A DNA stretch of 64,000 nt from Moniliella sp. 'wahieum' (lineage: Eukaryota), in contig RSEE01000034.1 of the NCBI GenBank assembly GCA_003971905.1, positions 62,001-126,000 on the forward strand. The letters are read 5' to 3'. The position numbers were made by a program, and so were the translations under genes. The notes beneath the pieces were generated by a model, which saw only the letters and a program-made list of their open reading frames with translations, was not told where the DNA came from and ran no database searches. Each line of letters begins with the position of its first letter. Within the stretch, counting starts at the first letter, position 1. Shown piece after piece: positions 50,706 to 60,203 of this stretch.

Positions 50706-53700
50706 ATGGCGGCCACTCCCATGTCGTGCGCAACCCCAGCCGCCGCAGCCGCAGAGCCTCTCTCTGCTGCTCGCCCCCAAGGTGCTCTTCCTCCTCCTCC
50801 CTCCTCCTCCTCCTCCTTCTCCCTCTCCGCCGCCGCCCGCTGCTCCTCCCCGTGTGCTCCCCCTGCGCCTCCCCCTGCGCCTCCCCCTGCGCCTCCCCCT
50901 GCGCCTCCCCCTGCGCCTCCCCCTGCGCCTCCCCTTGTGCTTCCCCCTGTGCCTGGTGCCCCATGCGCGACGCACGCCCCCCATCGCCCTGCCCCCAGTG
51001 CTCGCCCACCACCGCCCTCTGCTGTTCCCCACACAGGGCCGGGGCGGGTGCTTCTGCCCCCTGCGGCCCTAGCCACCAAGCACCGGGCTCCTAGATGCGG
51101 TACGTTGAGCGCCTTGTGTGTGTGCAACCGTCGAGCGGGCACACGCCCAACCGTGGAAAACGCAGAGTACTGACGTTGGCAACAACGCACTCGGCAGCAC
51201 GACCCAAGCGGGATGCAGCTGCTGCTCGAGTGCATGGGCGCCTGCTGTGCCGCTCCCACAGGCTCGTCCGCCGCTCCGTCTGCGCGGCGGCAGCGGCGGC
51301 GACGGCAGCCTCCTCGTGCTGCGCCTCGGCTGTTTCCACCCGGCCACCTCCGCCGGAGGCGTCCTTTCCACAGTAAGCGCGCTGGACTGGCGGGCATGCC
51401 CAACCCCAACCCCGCCTACGCATGTGCGTCGCAGGGCTGTGGCTTTGACCTCGGGGGGAGCCGTCCCCTGTGTCGATCCCGGGTGTGGCACCGTGCCGGC
51501 CTGCACGGACGCTGGCTGCACTGGTGCCGGCGCCACCGCCCCGCCCGGTGCAGCCGACTCGGCGGCTGCGTTCCTCCCGGCCCCTTCGGCGCCCTCAGCT
51601 TCAGCCGTGTCTGGGCCGCACGAGCAGACGACGGCAGCCATGTTCCCGTTCAACATGCCCCTCAACGACATGCTCCTCCACATCTGCTGCTCCGACCACA
51701 CGGACCAGTCGGTGGAGCTGCCACTTACCCTTGGTGCCACCACCTCTACCGACTGGCTCACCTTGGCTGCCAACCTATTCCCCGCCCACCTATCGCAGGC
51801 CCCGCTTGCCGACCCCCACCATCCCACCCGCTCCTCCGCCCCTCCATCAGCGCCCGCTCCCGCCCCCACTCCCGCTTCTGCTCCTCCTGCCCCTGGTCCC
51901 ACCCCCGCTCCAGCTCCAGCGCATGCTCCGGCCTCCGCTTCCGTCTCTAACCCCCTCACACATGGTCCATCCGCCCCCGGGCCCCTCGAACTGATCCGTT
52001 CCACCTCAAGTATCAGCCCAGGCACTGCGCCCCCGTGCACTGATATGTGCCTCCCCTCTGTCTCCTCAACTGGAGCAACGTATTCAGCCAGCACTCCTAG
52101 CACCAGTACTGCAGCCCATGCGGAACAACTTTTACTGGACCCTGGCTTGTTTGATTCTACCGTCTGTACCTCTCCTTCGTGCCTCGATCCATCCTGGCTC
52201 TTCTTGAAGCCCCGCACGGATCGTGCACGTTGGATCGACCTCATATTCACCAAGCCGAGCCCGAATTGGATGATGCCGCGGAGGAAGAAGAAGCAGAGGA
52301 GCCAGAGTCGCTGGTTGAAGCTGTGGGTCCAGACACTTCCAGCGTCCCTGCCGGGAGCGTGGATCCTGCCCACCCTTCTTCGACGGGGGCCCCACCCCTC
52401 AGCTCCACCGGGTGGGGTGTTCGAGTGCCAATGGGGAGCCTGCCGAGCTCAGTATCGCAGTGCCCACCGGTTGATCGAGCACGTGCAACGTAAGCATCTT
52501 GATCTCCTTCTGCCTCAAGCCGTGGTGGACAAGACGACCGCCTCGGCCCTTTTGACTCGACGGGGACGTAGGAGGAAAGTTCCTTTGCCTCACATTCACC
52601 CGCGACCTCACGCCCACTTTCATCCGCCTCATGGGGATGTACCCCATCCTCATCTTGTTGTCCACAATGCCCCACCGCATATCCATCAACCGCTCGCCCC
52701 GCCACCCCTTTCCCATGGTACGAAACACGCTTCTCCGCACCCTTCACCGGACCCGGCCGGAATGCAAACCTCATCGTCCACTCGTGGGTCGACGGAGGAG
52801 ACCCCATCAGCGGGCCCACCTGCCCGCCCGTCGCTACCCTCGCATGCCCAGTCCCATCCACACCCCCACCTTGGCCACTCGCACACCTACGTCCATCCCC
52901 ATACTCATGCCCATCCTCATCCCCATCCCCATTCACACGCCCACAGCCACACCCACACTCACACCCATGCCCCCGCTCACGCCCATACCCATACCCATAG
53001 TCATGGACATGACCCTCCCAAGAACGAGCAACATGACATGCCTCCGCCTGCTGCTCCTGCCTTGGCTGCCGAGGGGAACGTTACTCCTCCGCACCCTGAC
53101 AAGGGAGAGTCGGTATGCGTAGTGCCGAGTGGCGCCTCGCCTTCCTCGTCGCGTCCGCCTACGCCTGGGTCGGAGCGATCGCCCAGCTCAGTGCGCCCAG
53201 CGGGTTCAGGCGAGGGCGAGACGAAGGAGACGCATGCGTGTGGGGGGGCACGTGCGAAGCAACGTTTACCTCGCTCGACCAGCTCAACACGCACCTGAGC
53301 CAGGAACATGTCGGGTGCGGCAAGAGTTCGTATCGGTGTGAGTGGCGCGGCTGTTCGCGTGCAGCGCAGGGGGAAGAAGGGGTGTTTAAGCAACGGCAAA
53401 AGCTGCAACGCCACTTGCAGACCCACACCAATTTCCGTCCGTTTGTCTGTACCGTGTGCCAAGCCGCGTTTGGCGAAGCGACGGGGCTGGCGTTGCACAT
53501 GCGCACCCATTCGGGCCAGCGACCGTTTGCGTGTGACTGGCCCGGGTGCGACAAACGGTTTGCCACGTCCGGTTCGTTGGTCAACCATTTACGCGTGCAC
53601 CGTGGCGACCGACCATTTGCGTGTCCCATCTGTGGTCGGGCATTTGCCGAAGCATCCAACTTGTCCAAACACAAAAAGACCCACACAGCGCGAAAAGCGG

Positions 53701-53871
53701 TACCAGTGCCGTGTTTGCGCAAAGTCCTATGCCCGCTCTGACCAGCTCGCCCGCCACATGCGCGCCCACGAACCTCACTCTGCCGAACCTGAGCGGAGCA
53801 TCGGGGTCAAGCGCTCCCCTCCCCTCGTCGAGCCAGAGGACAACCCCAAACGCGCCCATATTGAAGCGTAG
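50706..53871 (+). CDS. C2H2 zinc-finger transcription factor, Zap1/ZafA-like (Cys-rich N-terminus, His-rich linker)
   Basis: Trp-containing fingers (CQWGAC..HVQRKH; CVWGGTC..HLSQEH; CEWRGC..FKQRQKLQRHLQTHT) followed by RPF-linked fingers, plus a long (HT/HP/HA)n tract. Start codon and a probable intron 51100-51197 are less certain; frameshifts present. Confidence 0.82.
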
Positions 53872-54136
53872 GGCTGAAAAAAACGTATCGAGACCCCGTC
53901 TCTCCCCTCCCTCCCCCTTCCTCTTCCTCTTCCTCCCCCTGCCCCCGCTCTTCCACCTGCTCATCCCTTGCCGACTCTACATACAGTGAAGCGTCGATGC
54001 GCAATGTTTATCTATCGCAGGCTCGATGCTATCGTCTGGTCCGTGTCTTTGAATCCACCATTTCCTCCCTCTGTTGTCTTTGGTAGCGAGTGACTAGTGA
54101 ATACTGAATGCGGATAGAACGACCCGTGCATTATTA

Positions 54137-55460
54137 TCAAAACCAACTGCCACCACCGGGTCCCACTGCCAAGGTAAATATTGTAAGCGAGCTTACGGTC
54201 ACGGCCGCCGCACTCATAAACAGAGCTTGGAGCGGTTTGGTCCCAGACGCTTCTCGTGCCCGTCTTGGCTGGCTAGGTGTTGCAGGAGCAGGACGAGGTG
54301 GGGAAGGTGGAGACTCTTGGCGGGGGGGTGCTGGAGGGAGAAGCGGATGAGGGGGGGTGGGGGAAGCCCTGTTTCCACGCCACAAACTCGGCCCGCGTTT
54401 CGGCTGCTCGGAGGTAAAGCATGCCGCGTTCGCGCGCCTCTTGGCGGACATAGTGTGGGAGCATGTTACGTTTGGTGGCAAAGTACCACATTTCGTTGGT
54501 CGTCACATCGTCGTTCCATCTCAGATCGCCTCTTCGCGGAGAAGATCCAATAGCTTGCGCCGCCCGTACTCGCGCTTTCAACGTTGCGTCCATCTTTTCT
54601 TCTCGCCTTCTTAGCTGTTCGAACCGCGCCCGCGCTCGCTCGTCCGCCCATTCGTCCGGTGACAACCCACGTCCTTCAAACACCCCGCCTGTGCCCCACC
54701 CAAAACCCTTCCCTTTTCCTTGCTCAGCTTGGGCCGCCTGCGCTTCCGCATCTGCCCGGTCCCGCGCGCGCTTGGCATGGGCTTCCGCTTGGGTGTCCCA
54801 TGCGTAGGTCGCGCGCACGACGGGTAGCATTCAGGTCACTGTCACTGTGTCGGACACGACCGGGACTAAAATACGATCCGCGCGGCGCAGCAGGTCGAGC
54901 GCTCACCTTTCTCCTCCGCTTTGTGTCGTACTCTTTTCTGCGCACAGGCAACAACCAACCAAAGTAGGGTCAATACGGCTGAGGGCAGCGTGGGTCGGCC
55001 GCCGTTTCATTTCCAGCAAAGGCAAGGCAAGACAAGCAAGCGTCGTCGTCACGTACCGAGTTTTTGGATCCGAGAGGATACTGTACGCCGCCGAGACGGC
55101 TTGGAAGCGAGATGTGGCAGCCTGGTCGCCCGGGTTACGATCGGGATGAAGTTCCTTGGACAAGGCATAAAACTGGGTTTTCAAACCGGCAGCATCAATT
55201 TTTTCCGGCACGCCCAAGGCGGCATAATGGTCTTCTTCCTCGCCCAAGCGGCGGGGAGTCGCGTGCAGCGACCGCACCGGCCCACGCGTACCCAACAAGG
55301 GGCCTGCGCTCGCCGCAGCAGGGAACAGGGGGGCAGGGGCATCAGGACGAAGCGCCCGGCCAGAGCGGCGGGTGGCGGCAAATGCGATGGGGGCGCCGAC
55401 AGGAGGAAGAGCATGGCCACAGCGCCGCGGTTGGGTCCGGCAGCAGACAGCAGGTCTCAT
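54137..55460 (-). CDS. J-domain (DnaJ class C) protein, probably mitochondrial, with C-terminal hydrophobic segment
   Basis: Arg-rich presequence ending RSLHATPRRL, then DHYAALGV..FYALSKELHPDRN..FQAVSAAYSILSDPKTR|KEYD; intron 54938-55056; frameshifts in the 3' part. Confidence 0.85.
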
Positions 55461-55973
55461 GCGGTGCGCCGTGGGGAGGGGGGAAGGGCCCAGAGAGAAG
55501 AGCACTGGCCGCACAGGCGAGGCACACGGGGGGGATGCGTTCGGCCGGTGGAGGTCGTGTGGCAATCGGCCTTGCACGGCCAGTAGCGCTCCCCAACGCG
55601 CTTCTCGATGAGATCAATGGTCGATGTGGTGATCGATGATCTCGTCTTCGCAAATCTGATAGGCTGGGAGCGGTGATGTCACCGGTTGCACGCACCCCAG
55701 AGCTGCGCAGTGCAGCAGTGAAATGTTCAGCAATGCCAGCGGAGCGTGACGGACACCGCTGATGCAGCTGATGCATGGGGGTGGATGGCATCCGTTATAC
55801 ATGCCCCGCTGCCCAAGCCCCCCTTATCGATTATCCGCCTTCCCTTCGCTGCCCTTTCGACACCCCCCTTCTCTCTTCCTCCAGCACCCCCTCCCATCTC
55901 TCTCCCCCCTCCTCTCTTCTCTCTCCCCTCCCCTCTCCCCTCTTCTCTCTTCCCTCTCCCTCTGACCTGAGAA

Positions 55974-56606
55974 GTGATGTTGTTGCTGGCGGGGCTAAAA
56001 CTGGCGCTCCAGTTCATGTTGACCGTGGCTTGTCTGGTTGTCGCCGAAGGTCTTCTGCTTGCCTCTGGGATTGGCCTGGCCCTGGGCTTGCTTAGGATCC
56101 CAGCACTGCTGGCCTCCATCCGGAAGGGTCGGTCCTTGTCCCGTGCCTACCCTCGCCCTCGTCCCCTTGACCTGAATCCCACCAGCACACGCATGCCAGC
56201 GGAGCCTGCTCTTCCGGCCTGCCTGTCGCCAACATCGACGATGGTTGCTCGCCACGTTGCCACCCAGCCCGAAGCAGTCCGTGCCACAGCCAGCATTCTC
56301 CTTTTCCGCTTAATCAAAGCAAAGGCTATGGGTACCCGGGCCAGGCCAAGCCACGTTTCCCGCATTAAGGTCATCCCTCCCCCGCGGCAGACACAAAGCA
56401 TGCCCAATTCACCCTCCTCCGAGTCACATCATCACCTCTATCCTGTACCCCTGATGTTGGGGCAAATTACCATTGGATCTCCCCCCATGTCCCCTCCATT
56501 CCGCAGAGAGCATCAGCGCGCCATTAGCATTGCCTCTCATCATGCACTTCTTCTTTCTGACCGCATCTTTTCGCCTTCTCTTGGATACGACTACTATAAG
56601 ACTTGA
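55974..56606 (+). CDS. Hypothetical protein with hydrophobic N-terminus
   Basis: 210-aa ORF following a pyrimidine-rich leader; two hydrophobic segments then a Pro/Ser-rich tail; no family recognised. Confidence 0.4.
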   Translation: MMLLLAGLKLALQFMLTVACLVVAEGLLLASGIGLALGLLRIPALLASIRKGRSLSRAYPRPRPLDLNPTSTRMPAEPALPACLSPTSTMVARHVATQPEAVRATASILLFRLIKAKAMGTRARPSHVSRIKVIPPPRQTQSMPNSPSSESHHHLYPVPLMLGQITIGSPPMSPPFRREHQRAISIASHHALLLSDRIFSPSLGYDYYKT

Positions 56607-56901
56607 AAAGCCAAAGCCCATTATACAGTTGTACTTTTTGTTGGGATTCTGTCTACCGGCTCTTTTTCCCTTCTAATTCTTGGGCACGTGAAGGAAAGAG
56701 GGACTCTCAGTGTTACACGCTCTTTTGACCATTTCCCCTGCATTCTTTCCCTTTCTAGTCGAACGATTAAGCTGGTTTATCGGACACAGGATGACCTCCA
56801 TATCCCAGTGGGTATGGATACCGCAAAAAACTAATCGCCTATAAGGAAGCTATCTTAAAAAGGAACAAAGATTAGGATAGATGGATATGTATGGGCATGA
56901 G

Positions 56902-56984
56902 CAGAATTCCCCTTCCAATGGGGGGCAGAACAGAATTCCCCTTCCAATGGGGCAGAACAGAATTTCCCTTCCAATGGGGTCAGA
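56902..56984. repeat. About 27-bp minisatellite x3
   Basis: CAGAATT(C/T)CCCTTCCAATGGGG(G)CAGAA units immediately downstream of the DAO stop codon. Confidence 0.9.
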
Positions 56985-56994
56985 TCTACACCAT

Positions 56995-58264
56995 TCAGAG
57001 CTTGCTCTTGGTGGCAGCGGGTGCCGCGACCTGCTGTTGAATCAATTGGGACACCAAGTAGGCCGTGCCCATCGAGGCCTGGTACCCGGCAGGGCCCAGT
57101 CCATACGCATGCACAGACGGCACCGTCCCATCGCTTGCCTTGACTGCCTGACCGATTTCGACCCGGGGCCCACCTTGCCGAGCCGGGCGAAGACCGGCGT
57201 GCGAAGAGATAATCTTGGCTTGCAGTTTTTTCCACGCATCGGGGTCCGCCTTGACCTGGGCTCGGGCTTGCTCCAACGCTGCTCCCTCCAAATCAGCAGG
57301 CAGCAAGAGGTCGGGGCAAATGCCGATCGTGTTTTTCAAGATGGCCTCCTGGGTGCGCGGATCAACCTTGGCATCGTAGCTGTGCTCGGTAAACGTCCCA
57401 CCGCAAATGACTTGGCCCGACTTGGCGCGGAATGACGTACCCGACCGCGGGGGAGTACTCTGAAGCCGAGTGCTTGTCCACCACTGCCATCACGCACCGA
57501 GGCACCTTGGTAAACCGCTCCGAATACACCACCGCCACTTGGCCCCGGATCGGGAACACCTTATCGTCCATCACGTCCGTCAGCTTTCCCGCTCCAAGAC
57601 CGGTCGCGTTCACCACGCCATCCACCTTGCCATTGGCGCTGGCCACCCCCACGGCCGCCGCCAAGCTCTCGACCTGGCCCGAGCGAATGAATTGCACTGC
57701 AGGGCCCGGCGGTGAGGAAAGGGGCACCCCAAAGAGAGGCGACAGCACCGTTTTGGCAGGCACATCCTCGGGGGTAGTCAGCTGGCGCACAAGCCACTTG
57801 GTGTACTCGGGTACGTTGAGCAAATGGGACATGTAGCGCGCGCCGGTGGCTTGATCAAAGGTAAACCCAGGGGTCAGGTGGGCAAACCAAGGAGTGCTTT
57901 TCAACTCTTGTCCTCAAATGGAGCTAGGATGAGTTCTTGGTCCGACACGAGGCCCTGCTGTTCGAGGGCCAACCAAATACGGAAGGTGAGCGCATCAAAC
58001 CCTTGGTTTCGCGCCGCGTTCTCCTCACCAGGATCGACAAACGAACACCAATTTGCTCCCGCCCAAGGACTCGCATAGGCACTAGACTGGTCTCCGGGCA
58101 GCTCGCGCGCAACGATAGTGACCTTGTATCCGGCCAGTCGGAGCGCCAGCGAGGCCGTCAGGCCAGTAACTGATCAGAGTCAGCGCTGGATTGGCGCACC
58201 AAAGAGCATCAGTCGGATGGAAGGGCGTACCTCCAGCACCAAGAACAGCGATATGGGGTGTCAT
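56995..58264 (-). CDS. DAO1: Peroxisomal D-amino-acid oxidase (or D-aspartate oxidase)
   Basis: IAVLGAG|VTGL (intron 58170-58230), [54 protein letters not shown] and C-terminal PTS1 SKL; frameshifts present. Confidence 0.92.
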
Positions 58265-58848
58265 GACCAGTACACTGCAAGGTTGACGCACTGATGGCGG
58301 TGGAGGGACAAGAAGAAGACCAAAGCTTGGTCTTGCCTTTCGCTGGACAGGATGGCCGGATTAATACGTTTCGATTATCGGTTTTGCCGGTTTTGCTGCT
58401 TCCTGGCCTTTGTTGGACCGTGCCATCATTCTAATCATTAATCAACTCCGGATGATCGATGATCGATGATCGAGATGATCCATCTCATACATGTGTCACA
58501 TGTCAGGCCACCCCTACTTTGCTTCGATCAATATACGACACGGCTTTTGTGTGGGGTCTGCTCCACATAAGACCCAGGGATCCCGGGAGCAGCGATAAGA
58601 TCGATAAGATTGGGCAGCCTTAGCGTTACGCCTTGGGCCGTACTATAGTTACCGGAGTTACCTGCAGTTGCCAAGACCTTCGATTGAGCATCATGCATCA
58701 TGATTGATGGATCGAGAAGAGAAAATGATCCTTCTAGCTTGAGGCTCTTCAAGCTTCAGGCCCAGGCCCAGACCCAGGCCCTCAGCGTCAGCGCTCAGGC
58801 ATACATCCTGAGGGCCTCGGACCCTGAGGCTGAGGCCAGCTTCGGACT

Positions 58849-58892
58849 TGAAGCTTGAAGCTTGAAGCTTTTGACGTGCGCGTAACGCGTAA
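58849..58892. promoter_or_regulatory. Adjacent 7-bp-periodic arrays (TGA AGCT)x3 and (CGCG TAA)x2
   Basis: Read directly in the region upstream of DAO; regulatory role is inference. Confidence 0.45.
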
Positions 58893-59759
58893 CACGGCGC
58901 GCGTCATGCACGTCATGCGCCATGTGTCATGCATGTCATGGCGTCACGTCAAGGTCGTCAAGCTGTCAAGAACCAAAGTCAAAGCGATACTTTTTAATTA
59001 GCCGCCGCACCCAAATGGCCCTGGGTAAAACGTCTGTTGGTTGAGCGCGAACCTTAAGCCTCTGCCTTAACGAACTCAGCGATACACAAGGCCCAGCGAC
59101 GCAAGGGTGGGAGACTCGCTCGTTTGGCCAAGCGCTAAGGTGTTTCTCATTCCCGAGAGCTTGGTTGGTTTCTCGTTTTTGTTCCTTGCTCCGCAGTCAA
59201 CAGGGTTGCTGGTGTGGGAACTTGACGGCTTGAAAAGCTTTTGATGTCCCTCTGTAGATAGGTGGCTGTTGGCTGGCTTAGACCATTATCGCCACAACTA
59301 ATAGTGCAATTGCATTACCCTCGAGGGCCATCGGGACTCCTGGTCTCATCAATATCCCTAACTGCTAGAGTAGCAGTTGGGAGCACTCGCGATCCTGTGG
59401 ATCAGCTGTAAAGCAGTCTTCAGATAAGGGGTGAAAGCAAAGTGGTGAGCCACAAGTCTTCAAGCAACGTCTAAAGGGAATGAGACATTAGAGAGAGAAG
59501 GGAGATGGAACGAGCATGTCAACCTGCGAGCGGAACTCTCCCGTTCGGCTGTAAGCGGGCGTCACCGGGTCACCGATCCAGTGAGAGCCGTGGCGGGGGA
59601 ACCGTTGCACCATCCTCCAACACTAACAGTTGGAAGAAAAAAAGGCAACACGCGAAACCGGCTCATGTGCCTCAAAACCTTTAAGCAAGGTTGAAATACC
59701 AACCCATCGCTCAGCATTCTACATGGGCAGAGGCAACGCATCCAACGGGTGGGCACAGT

Positions 59760-59858
59760 GTTCTATTAGCTCAGTTGGCTAGAGCGTCCGACTGTTACAC
59801 AGACGGCCCTGTCCCTGTTATCATCGGGAGGTCGTTGGTTCGAGCCCAACATGGAACG
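59760..59858 (+). tRNA. tRNA-Asn (GTT) with intron
   Basis: Acceptor stem GTTCTAT/ATGGAAC, D arm TAGCTCAGTTGGCTAGAGC, anticodon GTT 59794-59796, intron 59798-59822 at the canonical 37/38 position, T arm GGTTCGAGCC. Confidence 0.96.
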
Positions 59859-59865
59859 TTTTTTT
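59859..59865 (+). terminator. RNA polymerase III oligo-T terminator
   Basis: Run of 7 T directly after the tRNA discriminator base. Confidence 0.85.
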
Positions 59866-60203
59866 GTTCTGCTGCCATCAAATCCACTTGACAGACTCTA
59901 CGACGTTGTCAGTCACCATCATACCCAGCCCTCCCTTACCCCCTTCCGTGCGTCATTGCGTATCGGCGCTATGAATGTCATCTCCTTTTTTTGTTCCGGA
60001 ACGATCAAGGAAGCCGAAGAGATGGATGGGATTCACAAAACGAGACTTGCAGTACGTATATCGGACACACTGTGCCGCAAAATGTGTGCCGACAACAGAG
60101 TGGAAAAAGACAAAAGAAAACATGTAGGAGGCATATCCTCACCAGGAGAAAGTAGGATTATAAGTTGCAGGGGCACACAAGGGAGTAGCGAAACATTGTA
60201 CCC

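Noticed and set aside
59350..59365. Telomerase template (CCCTAAC) or snR30/U17 m1 motif (ATATCCCTA)
   Set aside because: Only 7 nt of telomere complement, buried in a hairpin; no AAACCAT m2 motif follows.
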